Source: an uncultured Acidobacteriota bacterium (GTDB taxonomy: Bacteria; Acidobacteriota; JAQAZP01). Taken from it: DNA of 64,000 nucleotides. Shown here in pieces: positions 1 through 9,723 of this stretch (positions are counted from its first letter, which is position 1; each line of letters starts with the position of its first letter). A program made the translations under genes and the position numbers. The notes beneath the pieces are model-generated. The model did not search any database. It was not told where the DNA came from and was given only the letters and a program-made list of their open reading frames with translations. The stretch spans positions 1,696,001 through 1,760,000 of the forward strand of contig CAWIIB010000009.1 in assembly GCA_963836075.1 (NCBI GenBank), in the 5' to 3' direction.

Positions 1-2
1 GG

Positions 3-593
3 GCCCAGCTCCATGCCAGGGTGGCCAACATCCATCGCGAGAACGGCGATTATGATGAGGCTCTTGCCGCCATCGATGAGGCGTTGCGGCTGGACCCGGC
101 AGGGCGGGAGCAGTATTTCCTCACCCGGGCCACCACGCTGCTGCAGATGGGAAACGTCTCCGGGGCCATCGACGCCTGCAGGGCATTGCTCTCGGCCAAC
201 CCCGGGTATGAGGAAGGGTATGTCTTGCTGGCGGACTGTTTCATCGAACAGGGAGAGGCGTGGAATGCCATCAGCACTTACCGGGAGGCCCTCTGGCGAA
301 TCCCGCGGAGGAGCCGGATCCACCGTCTGCTGGGCGACCTGTATGCCGCGAAGGGAAAACAGCACCAGGCGCTGGAGGAATACCAGGCCGGTGTCCGGGA
401 AGCGTCCACCGACTACGAACGGAAGCTGGTGCTCTATCGGATGGGTCTCTGTTACGAGGAACAGGGACGTCTGGAGGAAGCCCTGGAGGCGCTGGCCAGG
501 GCCGCGGAACTCCCCGTGGAGGGGAGGAAAAATCTTGACCAGCGGGTGGCCAAGGCCGTGGCCCGTATCGAGGGGAAGCTGGGGACATCTTGA
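3..593 (+). CDS. TPR-repeat protein, 5'-partial (frame open to window edge)
   Basis: Repeated TPR helices (e.g. GDYDEALAAIDEALRLDP, GRLEEALEALARA); no upstream stop in frame. Confidence 0.8.
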   Translation, partial: AQLHARVANIHRENGDYDEALAAIDEALRLDPAGREQYFLTRATTLLQMGNVSGAIDACRALLSANPGYEEGYVLLADCFIEQGEAWNAISTYREALWRIPRRSRIHRLLGDLYAAKGKQHQALEEYQAGVREASTDYERKLVLYRMGLCYEEQGRLEEALEALARAAELPVEGRKNLDQRVAKAVARIEGKLGTS

Positions 594-618
594 CGCCGCT
601 AAGGGATGCTACTATCCT
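590..618 (+). promoter_or_regulatory. Candidate sigma70 promoter for the polysaccharide operon
   Basis: TTGACG (590-595), 17-nt spacer, TATCCT (613-618), ~115 nt upstream of the flippase ATG. Confidence 0.4.
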
Positions 619-732
619 TACAAATTATTGACTACGCGACCAGTTAGGCATTGTGACCTCCCGGTTTCCCGGCGCTTTTCCTGCGCGAGGTGAACGCAGG
701 TACGAACCCTGCCCGGGAAGCATGAGAACCAC

Positions 733-2058
733 ATGAGCGATACCCGGATGGATGCAGAGCGAAAAGGACCGCGGCCTGGGTCAAGGTTTCGCAAGGGTAT
801 GGCCAATGCCTCCTGGCTGGCCATGGGCAACCTGGTCACCCAGGCCATCGTCCTTGCCGGGTTCATCTACATCGCCAGGACACTGGGCAAGGAACAGTAC
901 GGTGTCTACGCCACCGTGGTGGCCTACGTGGCCATGTTCACCATGTTCACCTTCAAGGGGCTGAACAAGGTGATTGTGCGCACCGGCAGCAGGGACCAGT
1001 CGTCACTGCCGGATCTCTACAACCAGGTGGTGGGCCTGAGGCTGTTCTTCCTCGTCGGGTCCATGGCGCTCTGCATCCTCTGTGTCCTGCTCACACCCTA
1101 CGACCTGACCACCCGCCTGCTGGTGCTCCTCTACAGCTTTCACATCTTCTACGAGGGCATGAACACCTTCTTTTCCAGCATCTACCAGATCGTGGAAAAG
1201 ATGCAGTTCATTTCCGTGTTCAACATCACCAACCGGACGCTGTTTGTCCTGCTGGCCATCCTCTTTCTCTACCTCGGCCATGGTGTGGCCACCCTGATCG
1301 TGATCGCCGTGGCGGTGAACCTGGTGACCATCGTGGCCAACTACATCGTCACCCGGCGATTTGTGAAGTTCAATCTTCTGTCCCGGCCGCGTTTCGAGCG
1401 GGAGATCCTCAAGCCGGGGCTCTCCTTTTCCCTCTTCACCATGGTGGCCACCCTCTCCAAGCGTTACGACCTGTTCATGATTTCCCTGCTCGGGTCGCCG
1501 GTGGAGGTGGGTATCTACGCGGTGGCCAACAGGATCGTCAAGGAAGGCCACATGTTGAAGAACGTCAACTCCATGGCTTTCTTCCCGGTGCTGGTCAAAC
1601 GGTTCGACGAAGGCCGGGTCAACGGCACGAAGATGGTCCGCTACGCCCTCGGGTTCTTCATCGGGGTACTCCTCCTCTCCGCCCTGTTCGCCTTCTTCAG
1701 CACCGACCTGGTGGTGCTGGTCTTTGGCGAGGAGTACCGGGAGTCGGGCCGGCTGCTCAGCGTGCTGGTCTTCTACCTGGCGGCGGTGTGGGGCACGCTG
1801 CCCTTCACCATTGCGGCCCAGGCCACCGACAACGAGGACCTGCTGCTGAAGATCCGCACCGCCATGGCCATCGCCAGCGTCACGCTTAAAACAATCTGCT
1901 TCCTGCTCTATGGCCTGATGGGGGTGGCGGTGTGCACGGTGGTGGTCTGGACTCTCGGCGGGCTGGCCACCTGCATCCTGCCCTACCGGGCGATGAAACG
2001 CGAGGGACGCCTGAGGTTCGGAAATGCTGGAGCAAGCGGGGCTGCCGATGACCAGTGA
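733..2058 (+). CDS. wzx: Polysaccharide flippase (Wzx/MOP family)
   Basis: Many TM helices; motifs IARTLGKEQYGVY and EVGIYAVANR; first gene of a glycan operon. Confidence 0.85.
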   Translation: MSDTRMDAERKGPRPGSRFRKGMANASWLAMGNLVTQAIVLAGFIYIARTLGKEQYGVYATVVAYVAMFTMFTFKGLNKVIVRTGSRDQSSLPDLYNQVVGLRLFFLVGSMALCILCVLLTPYDLTTRLLVLLYSFHIFYEGMNTFFSSIYQIVEKMQFISVFNITNRTLFVLLAILFLYLGHGVATLIVIAVAVNLVTIVANYIVTRRFVKFNLLSRPRFEREILKPGLSFSLFTMVATLSKRYDLFMISLLGSPVEVGIYAVANRIVKEGHMLKNVNSMAFFPVLVKRFDEGRVNGTKMVRYALGFFIGVLLLSALFAFFSTDLVVLVFGEEYRESGRLLSVLVFYLAAVWGTLPFTIAAQATDNEDLLLKIRTAMAIASVTLKTICFLLYGLMGVAVCTVVVWTLGGLATCILPYRAMKREGRLRFGNAGASGAADDQ

Positions 2059-3358
2059 GGCCGGCAGACGAATATGCCTGTGGGGCGGAGGCTTCAAGAA
2101 CAAGGGTGCCGAAGCCATGCTGCTGGTGGTCCGGCAGGAACTGTCCCGGCGGCTGGACGGTGCCCGGTTCCATGCCCGGCTGCACCGCAGGCAGGCCCGG
2201 CTGGCCCGGTCCAGCGGTCTGCTGCCCCTGGCCCTTGGTGATGACCGGCTGGGCCGGCTGCTGGGTGTGGCCGCCTCGAACCGCTGGTCGGTCTACCGCT
2301 ACCTGGCCGGTAGAGGAGACCTGAAGCGCCTGGCCGGCAGCCTGCTCAACTACCGTGAGGCCAGTGACTACTGCCACCCGCGGCGAATCGATGCCCTGGC
2401 CGGCGGTCTCGATGCCGTGGTGTCTGTTCACGGTTTTGCCTTTGGCGGGCCCTGGGGGGTGGGAGCGGCACGGATGGCGGCGCAGTGGGCCCGGTTCTGC
2501 CATGAATCGGGCACGCCGCTGATCTTCATGCCCCAGGCCTGGGGGCCGTTCGAAAAGGAGGAGTTCCGCGAACCGCTCCGGGAGATGGTCCACCGGTCAT
2601 CGCTCTGCTACGCCCGCGATGCCGTCTCCCGCACCCACCTGGCCCGGCTGCTGGAAGAGGATGAAAATGACATCCCCCTGGCCCCGGACATCGCCTTCCT
2701 CTTCCCGAGTGCGTCGCCGGAACAGGGGGACCTGCTGCTCCGCCGGATCGGCGTTGAGGCGGGGCAGCGGCCGTTGCTGGGGGTGGCGCCAAACATGAAG
2801 GTCTACCAGCGCACCGGGGGGACGGAGGGCGGCAACAGCTACATCCAGCTGCTGGCCCGTCTCTGCGATCACGCGGTGGACCGTTTTGGCGCCGGCATCA
2901 TCCTGATCCCCAACGACATTTCCCCGGCCGGCGACGGGCGAACCGACGACAGCCACCTCTGCGGCCTGGTCCACGCCGCGGTGCAGCATCCCGCGGCATG
3001 CTTCCCGGTCCGGGGATACCGCAGCGCCGAGGAGATCCATGCGCTGGCCGGCCGCTGTGACCTGCTGGTTGGGTCGCGGTTCCACGCGCTGGTTTTCGCC
3101 CTGGCCCAGGGGGTCCCGGCCCTGGCCTTGAGCTGGGCGCACAAGTACCGGGAATTGCTGGGCACCTTCGGCATGGAAGACGCCGTCTGCGAACATGACA
3201 CGATGGAACCGGACCGGGTGGTTGCCCTGCTGGACCGGGTCTGGGAAGAACGGGGTTCACGGGCGGCCGCTCTGGGTGAGCAGCTGCCCGCGGTCCGTGA
3301 ACAGGTGGCCGCGGTGTTCGACCGGGCCGCCGCCATACTGCGGGGAACGGGATCGTGA
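2048..3358 (+). CDS. Polysaccharide pyruvyl transferase family protein (WcaK-like)
   Basis: N-terminal NKGAEAM, PQAWGPF, ARDAVS, PDIAF and GSRFHALVFA motifs. Confidence 0.85.
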   Translation: MTSEAGRRICLWGGGFKNKGAEAMLLVVRQELSRRLDGARFHARLHRRQARLARSSGLLPLALGDDRLGRLLGVAASNRWSVYRYLAGRGDLKRLAGSLLNYREASDYCHPRRIDALAGGLDAVVSVHGFAFGGPWGVGAARMAAQWARFCHESGTPLIFMPQAWGPFEKEEFREPLREMVHRSSLCYARDAVSRTHLARLLEEDENDIPLAPDIAFLFPSASPEQGDLLLRRIGVEAGQRPLLGVAPNMKVYQRTGGTEGGNSYIQLLARLCDHAVDRFGAGIILIPNDISPAGDGRTDDSHLCGLVHAAVQHPAACFPVRGYRSAEEIHALAGRCDLLVGSRFHALVFALAQGVPALALSWAHKYRELLGTFGMEDAVCEHDTMEPDRVVALLDRVWEERGSRAAALGEQLPAVREQVAAVFDRAAAILRGTGS

Positions 3359-4674
3359 AAACGGAATCAACCGTGGAACAGGTGGTCGCCGCCGGCCTGT
3401 GCACCCAGTGCGGCTGGTGCGCCATGGTCTGTCCGGCGCAGGCCATCGCCCTGCACGAGACCCCGGCCGGTCAGCAGTTTCCCCGGATCTGTGCGGAGGC
3501 CTGCACCAGTTGCGGGTTTTGTTTTTCCGTCTGTTCCGGCTGGAACAATGTTCTCCGCGGGATGGACGGCGAGGCGGACCCCTTCCGGGGGGCCGTGCTG
3601 GCGGCCTTCTGCGGGCACGCCGCCGACCCGGCCACCAGGGCCGGCTCCCAGAGCGGCGGCCTGGTGTCGGCGCTGATCGAGCACCAGCTGGCCAGCGGTG
3701 CGATCCAGGGGGCGGTGCTGGCCTCCATGCCGGCGGACGGCTCGCTGCGGCCCGTGGCCGTGCTGGCCCGGGACCGCGACGCGGTGCTCCGCGCCGGGGG
3801 CTCCAAATACTGCCCCATCCGTTTCGAACCGTCCCTGGCCACGGAGGTGCTGGAAGCGCGGCAGATCGCGGCGGTGGGGATCTCCTGCCAGGTGCAGACC
3901 CTGCGCAACATGGAGCAGCAGTTGCCGCCGTGGCGGAAACGGCTGGGCCTGGTGATTGGCCTGTTCTGTGACCGCACCATGTCCACCCTGGCCATCGACA
4001 TGCTCTGCCGCACCGCCGGGTGTCCGGCGCCGGAGGCGGTTTCCTTTGCCTGGCGCAGCAAGGAGCGCCATGGCTGGCCGGGGGAGGTCCGCGTTGAAGA
4101 CCGGCAGGGGCGGGGGCATTTTCTCCCGTCGCGGGAACGGATCCGTCTCAAGGATGTCCTCACTCCCGCCCGGTGCCGGGTCTGTTTCGACAAGATGAAC
4201 GTCTGGGCCGACATCTCCGTGGGGGATCCTCACGGGATCAACAGTGACCGGGAGGGGCACTCCGTGGTACTGGCCAGGAACGCACGGGGCCTGGAGGCCC
4301 TGCGCCGGGCTGAAGCGGACGGGGCGGTCCGGCTGGAGCCGCTGGAGCAGGAGAAGATCTTCACCGCCCAGAAAGTGGAGCAGCGGCGGATGAGCTGTGC
4401 ACTGTACACCGCCGCCTGGGAGAAGATGGGACGCCGCCGGCCCGCTCTGCCTTTCGCCGGATCGATGCCGCCCGCCCCGGCGGGCCGGGCGGTGCGGGGG
4501 ACGGAGTGGGAGCTGCGGCAGACGGCGCGTCTGGCGGAGGCGGAGACCACTGAGGCCGCGCTTGGCGAAGCGCAGCGGCAGTTGCTGGCCGAACAGGCTG
4601 CGGGGGGCACGGTCCTCAAGCGGGCCCGCCGGCTGGCGGGGAAATATCGGCGCCGGCTCATCGGGGGGCGGTGA
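3355..4674 (+). CDS. 4Fe-4S/FrhB-family (F420 hydrogenase beta-like) oxidoreductase
   Basis: Two ferredoxin motifs (CTQCGWCAMVCP, CTSCGFCFSVC), SQSGGLVS, GSKY, GLFC, RCRVC...ADISVGD. Confidence 0.85.
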   Translation: MKTESTVEQVVAAGLCTQCGWCAMVCPAQAIALHETPAGQQFPRICAEACTSCGFCFSVCSGWNNVLRGMDGEADPFRGAVLAAFCGHAADPATRAGSQSGGLVSALIEHQLASGAIQGAVLASMPADGSLRPVAVLARDRDAVLRAGGSKYCPIRFEPSLATEVLEARQIAAVGISCQVQTLRNMEQQLPPWRKRLGLVIGLFCDRTMSTLAIDMLCRTAGCPAPEAVSFAWRSKERHGWPGEVRVEDRQGRGHFLPSRERIRLKDVLTPARCRVCFDKMNVWADISVGDPHGINSDREGHSVVLARNARGLEALRRAEADGAVRLEPLEQEKIFTAQKVEQRRMSCALYTAAWEKMGRRRPALPFAGSMPPAPAGRAVRGTEWELRQTARLAEAETTEAALGEAQRQLLAEQAAGGTVLKRARRLAGKYRRRLIGGR

Positions 4675-5795
4675 TGTCGGGATCATCCAGGCGAATCTGT
4701 TTTGTGGGCGCGCACTACTACAGGTATGCGGTGGGCGGTGCCGAGGTCCAGATGTATCTCCTGGGGAAGCTGTTCGCGGCCCACGGGTGGGACGTGCACT
4801 ACGTGACCACCGATGCGGACATCCCCGCTGAAGACGAATCGATCCGCTTGCACCGCTTTGATCCCCGGCCCAAACGGGGGCGCTACAACAGGCTGAGAAA
4901 GATCCTGGACAGCATCGACGCCCATGTCTATTACCAGCGGGGCCGGACCGACTTCACCTGGCTGGTGGGCCGCTATGCCAGGGAGCGCGGCAAGTTGTTC
5001 CTCTACGCCGTCTCCATGGACATCGATGCCGGGCGCTACAAGGAACTGGGCCGGGTGCGCCTGTCGCCGAACCCCCTGAAAACCATCAAGCGCTATGTGG
5101 GCGGGTTCATCAGGGACCGCAACTCACTGGCCGGCATGAGGAACGCGAGGATGGTCCTGGCGCAATCGGTCTCCCAGCAGCAGGCCATTGAGGCCAATCT
5201 CTCCCTGGAGTCCACCATCATCAGGAAGGTGCAGGACATCCCGTCGTCGGACCCGGACAAAACGCATCCCCCCGTGGTGCTGTGGCTGGCCAATGTCAAG
5301 CGGTGGAAGCGGCCTGAACTCTTCCTGCAACTGGCCGGCGCCCTGCAGGGCCTGGACTGCCGGTTCGTCATGGCCGGGGAGATGCGTGACCGGAGCTATG
5401 AGAACGAAGTGCGGGCCTTCTCGCAGTCGCACGGCAACTTCAGCTATCTCGGCGGCGTGCCCTACGAGGAGAGCAACCGGCTGATGGGGGAGGCGAGCGT
5501 TTTCGTCAACACCAGCATGAACTATGAAAGTTCGCCCAACACCTTTATCCAGTCCTGGCTGCGGCGGACCCCGGTGGTCAGCCTGCACCATGACCCGGAC
5601 GGTGTGATCGTGAAGCGGGGCCTCGGCTTCCACTCCCGGTCCTTCCCGCAACTGGTGGAGGATGTCCGGACGCTGGTCACCGACACGCCGCGGCGAGACG
5701 AAATGGGGGATAATGCACGGGAGTACGCCATGGCCGAATACGGTGGTGAGCGCAACTTCACATTGCTCTGCGATCTGATAGAGAGGTATCTTTGA
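4671..5795 (+). CDS. Glycosyltransferase family 4
   Basis: GGAE N-terminal motif, KRWKRPE, ESSPNTFIQS. Confidence 0.85.
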   Translation: MMSGSSRRICFVGAHYYRYAVGGAEVQMYLLGKLFAAHGWDVHYVTTDADIPAEDESIRLHRFDPRPKRGRYNRLRKILDSIDAHVYYQRGRTDFTWLVGRYARERGKLFLYAVSMDIDAGRYKELGRVRLSPNPLKTIKRYVGGFIRDRNSLAGMRNARMVLAQSVSQQQAIEANLSLESTIIRKVQDIPSSDPDKTHPPVVLWLANVKRWKRPELFLQLAGALQGLDCRFVMAGEMRDRSYENEVRAFSQSHGNFSYLGGVPYEESNRLMGEASVFVNTSMNYESSPNTFIQSWLRRTPVVSLHHDPDGVIVKRGLGFHSRSFPQLVEDVRTLVTDTPRRDEMGDNAREYAMAEYGGERNFTLLCDLIERYL

Positions 5796-6640
5796 AAAGC
5801 GGCAAAGACCTGCTTCCGGGGCCGCTGCGGTCACGGATGCATCACCTGAGAACAGGGACTCTGCGGAAGTGGCGTCGCGCCACCGCCCGCTGGCGGGCCT
5901 TGCCCGGCTTCATCGTTTTCGGCGCCATGAAGTCCGGGACGACGAGCCTGCTCCACTACCTCTCCCAGCACCCGCACGTCTTTGCCAGTTACAAGAAAGA
6001 GGTTCATTTCTTCGACCTCAACTACCGGCAGGGCGTGGAGTGGTACCGCTCGTTCTTCCCCCTCCGCCGGACCCTGGGGCCGGGGGATGCCGCGGGTGAG
6101 GCCTCTCCCCTGTATATCTTCCATCCCCCCGCGCCGGAGCGCATCCACCGCCTGCTGCCGGAGGTGCGGTTGGTCGCGCTGCTCAGGAACCCGGTGGAAC
6201 GGGCGATCTCCCAGTACTTCCACGAAGTGCGCAAGGGGCGGGAGACCCTGGACCCCATGGAGGCGCTGGCCCGGGAGGAGGAGCGAATGCGTCCCGCTCT
6301 GCAGCGTGCTGATTTCAACAGCACCGAGTTCATCCACTGCTCCTACAAGAGCCGCGGCCGCTACGCCGAACAGATCGCACGATACCTGGAGTTTTTCCCC
6401 CGGGAGCAGTTGCTGGTGCGCAGCAGCGAACAGTTCTTTCGCGAACCGTCGCGGGTCCTGGACGAAGTTTTCCGGTTCATCGGTGTGGATGCGGACTTCA
6501 GGGCGCGGGACCTCGAGCCCCGGAACGTTTCGTCCAACCGGACGCGGGTGGACGACCGGGTGTACAGCTATCTCAACGAGTATTACCGGGACGAGAACGA
6601 GACCCTGCAGAATCTGCTGGGTCTCGATTTCGGCTGGTGA
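5792..6640 (+). CDS. Sulfotransferase (heparan sulfate 3-O-sulfotransferase-like)
   Basis: 5'-PSB GAMKSGTTSL, KEVHFFD, EASPLY, 3'-PB LRNPVERAISQY. Confidence 0.9.
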   Translation: MKSGKDLLPGPLRSRMHHLRTGTLRKWRRATARWRALPGFIVFGAMKSGTTSLLHYLSQHPHVFASYKKEVHFFDLNYRQGVEWYRSFFPLRRTLGPGDAAGEASPLYIFHPPAPERIHRLLPEVRLVALLRNPVERAISQYFHEVRKGRETLDPMEALAREEERMRPALQRADFNSTEFIHCSYKSRGRYAEQIARYLEFFPREQLLVRSSEQFFREPSRVLDEVFRFIGVDADFRARDLEPRNVSSNRTRVDDRVYSYLNEYYRDENETLQNLLGLDFGW

Positions 6641-7548
6641 GGACATTTGAACCTGGTGAAAGGAACCGCAAGGGCATGTCGGACAGCCAAACTCAGACAG
6701 AGCGCACGGAGGCCGCCAGATTCCTCCGTCAGGCAAGGGAAAGGGTCACCCGGGATCTGGCCCGGCTGGTCTCCCTGGGGCGGTGGAAGAAGAGCAACAC
6801 GATCTTTCTGCTCTCCACCGGACGCAGCGGGACGGCCACGCTGGCCAAGGTGCTGGACCTGGCCCCGGAGATCACCGCCTTTCACGAACCGTGGCCCCAG
6901 ATGCTGGAAGAGCGGCAGCAGGCCCTGCACGGGGTCTGGACCGAAACAGAGCGCTACCGGCAGATCTTCTGCACGGCGCGCGCCGGGCTGATCGCCCGGT
7001 CCACTCGCGGTGGCAAGGTCTTCGCCGAGACATCAGCGCGTCTCACCTTCTTCGCGCCGGCCATCGCCCGGGCGCTCCCGGAGGCGCGGTTCATCCACCT
7101 GGTCCGGCATCCCGGCGACGTGATCCGCTCGGGGATGCGGCGTTCCTGGTACAGCGACAACCGGTCCGACCGCTACCGCATCCGGCCGCAGGAGGGCGAC
7201 CCGCATTTTGCCGGCTGGGAGTCGCTGCCCCGGTTCAACAAGATCTGCTGGTACTGGAACGCCTACAACGCATTCGCCCTGCGCTTCAGGGACAGTGTGG
7301 ATTCCAGTCGCCTGCTGCTGCTCAAGGCGGAGGACCTGTTCGCGGCCCGGGGGGACAACATGGACCGGCTCTTCGGTTTCATCGGTGTGCCGTCCCCCGG
7401 CCGCGACGCCCTGGCCGCGGAACTGGGGCAGAAGCACAACCGGCAGACCCGCAACGAATTCCCCAGGTTCGAGGAGTGGGGCCAGGAACAGAAAAGAATC
7501 CTGAACGACATGGCCGGCGACACCATGAGGGCCCTGGGATACGCCTGA
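6637..7548 (+). CDS. Sulfotransferase family protein
   Basis: STGRSGTATL, HEP, VRHPGDVIRS motifs. Confidence 0.85.
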   Translation: MRTFEPGERNRKGMSDSQTQTERTEAARFLRQARERVTRDLARLVSLGRWKKSNTIFLLSTGRSGTATLAKVLDLAPEITAFHEPWPQMLEERQQALHGVWTETERYRQIFCTARAGLIARSTRGGKVFAETSARLTFFAPAIARALPEARFIHLVRHPGDVIRSGMRRSWYSDNRSDRYRIRPQEGDPHFAGWESLPRFNKICWYWNAYNAFALRFRDSVDSSRLLLLKAEDLFAARGDNMDRLFGFIGVPSPGRDALAAELGQKHNRQTRNEFPRFEEWGQEQKRILNDMAGDTMRALGYA

Positions 7549-8528
7549 TGATCAACGGTGACAACAGGACGGTGATCTTCGTCGGCGGGACGGCCTACAG
7601 CGGTTCCACTTTTTTCGACATGATGCTGGCCAACGACCCGCGCGGGTTCTCCTGCGGCGAGGTCCACGCTTTTTTCCGGCCCTTCCGCCCCCATCACCAC
7701 CACCCGCCCTGCGGCTGCGGCGACCACCGGTGCACCCTGTGGGGCGAGATCAGGAATAGCGGCGAGGCCCGGCTCTACCGGTCGATCTTCCAGCAGAACC
7801 CGGACACGAGGTTCATTGTCGACTCCAGCAAGAGCCTGCCCTGGATCACCGCCCAGGCGGGGCGCCTGGCCAAGGCCGGCATCCAGGTACGGCACATCCT
7901 GATCTGGAAGTCGCCGGCGCAGATCGCCCGGTCGTTCCACAAGCGGGGCCGCGGCCGCCGCTGGACCAGGAGCTGGGCCAACTACCACCGTCTCTACTTC
8001 AGGCTCATTCCGGAGTACCGCACCGTGAACCACTTCTCCCTGGTGGACGATCCCGCGGTCCTCGAACAGGCCTGCGCGTATCTGGGGATCGGGCACTTCC
8101 CCGGCAAGGCGGAATACTGGAACAAGCGCCACCACACCCTGTTCGGCAACACGTCGGCCAAGATCCACACCAGGGATCCGGACAGTGGACTGTTCGAGGA
8201 GGATGCCGAGGCGCTGGCCCAACGGTCGGGCGCCCGCCCGGCGGACCTGCGGCGGGAATTCCGGACGATCCACATTTCCACGGGAGAGGCCGGGGACGAC
8301 CCCCTGCTCCAGGAGACGCAGGAAACCCGGGAGGAGATCGCCGTGATCGAAGAGCACCTCCAGCGCTGCGGGGTGGGGGCGGACAGGGGCGCCAGGTCGG
8401 ATCCGCCGGCCGCCGGAACGCTGGAGACCCTGGCCCACCAGGCCAGGTGGAAGGCATCACACGTGGGGTTGAAACTGCTGCCCCGGAATCTTGTTCACCG
8501 GCTCTGGCCCGGGCAGAGCGGGAGATAG
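7548..8528 (+). CDS. Sulfotransferase family protein with Cys-rich insert
   Basis: Start at TGATG overlap (7548); GTAYSGSTFF, GE, CGCG...C..W, VDSSK. Confidence 0.75.
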   Translation: MINGDNRTVIFVGGTAYSGSTFFDMMLANDPRGFSCGEVHAFFRPFRPHHHHPPCGCGDHRCTLWGEIRNSGEARLYRSIFQQNPDTRFIVDSSKSLPWITAQAGRLAKAGIQVRHILIWKSPAQIARSFHKRGRGRRWTRSWANYHRLYFRLIPEYRTVNHFSLVDDPAVLEQACAYLGIGHFPGKAEYWNKRHHTLFGNTSAKIHTRDPDSGLFEEDAEALAQRSGARPADLRREFRTIHISTGEAGDDPLLQETQETREEIAVIEEHLQRCGVGADRGARSDPPAAGTLETLAHQARWKASHVGLKLLPRNLVHRLWPGQSGR

Positions 8529-8535
8529 AGAGCCC

Positions 8536-9723
8536 ATGGATCACTCGTCGATCAGCGATTCCGTTCTCACCTGGCTGGAGACCATGCGGGTGGCGCCGGC
8601 CCGCTACCTGATGAACGCCGGGGCGGACGACACGCATTTCACCTCCTGTTTTGCGCTCTACATCCTCGACCTGTTCGGGGGAACAGACCGCCTCTCCGCC
8701 GAGGAGCGGCAGCAGTGGGTCTCGCGGATCCAGTCCGCCCAGGATCCGCGGGACGGGCTGTTCAAGCTGCCCGAGGAGCTCCATGCGGACCCGGAACGCA
8801 GCCGGCACCAGCTGACCTGTTTCAGCCTCAGCGCGCTGCGGATCCTTTCTGCCGAACCGCTCTACCCCCTGGCCTTCCTCGAGGCCTGGTCATCACCCGA
8901 TGAGGTGCGGGACTACCTGGCGGCCTGCGGCTGCCACCAGGGGCGGCCCGGCTCGGGGAACAAGGCGATGTTTCTCGGCATCTTCCTCACCCGGGCCTGG
9001 GAGCAGACCGGGGAGGAGCGCTACCGCTCGCTGCTGGAGGCCTGGTTCCAGTTCCACGACGAGCAGCAGAACGCGCACGGCCTGTGGGGCGGCGATCGCC
9101 AATCCCTCTATCTGCACGGCATCCAGAACGGCCTGCACCAGCTGGCGGTCTACTTTTACTGGAAGAGGGAACACCGGGCCCTGGACCGGGTGGTGGACAC
9201 GGCCCTGACGATCCAGGACCGGGACGGCTTCTTCTCCTCCACACCGGGGGGGATCGGCTGCCACGATTTCGACGCCATCCACATTCTGGCCACGGCCCAC
9301 GGGTTGTCGGCCTACCGGCACACCGATATCGAGGCCGGCCTGGGGCGCGCCGCCGGGGCCCTGCTCAGCACCCGGAACCCGGACGGAGGCTTCTGCCAGT
9401 CGAAGAAGACCGTGGACACGGCCGGACAGCTGCTCCGGCGGGTGCCCGGTTTCTTTTGCGGCAGCCATCCCTATCTCTGGTACTACCGGGCGCGGAAAAC
9501 CGCCGGCGTCTTCTCCCGCGGGAAACAGGTGATCAAGACCGGCTGGACCCGAACGGGGAGGCGCTGGACCGACAGCAACCTCTGGGACACCTGGTTCCGC
9601 TGTCTGGCCCTGGCCGAGATCGAGGCCGTCCTCCCCACGCCGGAGGGCCAGGGCTTCAGCCGGTGCCGTTTCCATGACATGATCGGACTGGGACACTTCG
9701 GAGCCGGCGGGGATCGAACGTGA
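8536..9723 (+). CDS. Prenyltransferase/squalene-oxidase-repeat (alpha/alpha toroid) protein, function unknown
   Basis: Repeated QxxDGxF/W-like motifs: AQDPRDGLF, QQNAHGLWG, IQDRDGFF, TRNPDGGFC. Confidence 0.6.
   Translation: MDHSSISDSVLTWLETMRVAPARYLMNAGADDTHFTSCFALYILDLFGGTDRLSAEERQQWVSRIQSAQDPRDGLFKLPEELHADPERSRHQLTCFSLSALRILSAEPLYPLAFLEAWSSPDEVRDYLAACGCHQGRPGSGNKAMFLGIFLTRAWEQTGEERYRSLLEAWFQFHDEQQNAHGLWGGDRQSLYLHGIQNGLHQLAVYFYWKREHRALDRVVDTALTIQDRDGFFSSTPGGIGCHDFDAIHILATAHGLSAYRHTDIEAGLGRAAGALLSTRNPDGGFCQSKKTVDTAGQLLRRVPGFFCGSHPYLWYYRARKTAGVFSRGKQVIKTGWTRTGRRWTDSNLWDTWFRCLALAEIEAVLPTPEGQGFSRCRFHDMIGLGHFGAGGDRT

Noticed and set aside
3355-4674. Evidence for methanogenesis or F420 hydrogenase
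   Set aside because: No other hydrogenase subunits; FrhB-like genes are common in polysaccharide loci
6783-7547. Long N-terminal extensions of ORFs 6783, 10559, 14290 and 16307
   Set aside because: They overlap upstream genes; the true starts are at the ATGA/TGATG junctions (7548, 10856, 14770, 16415)
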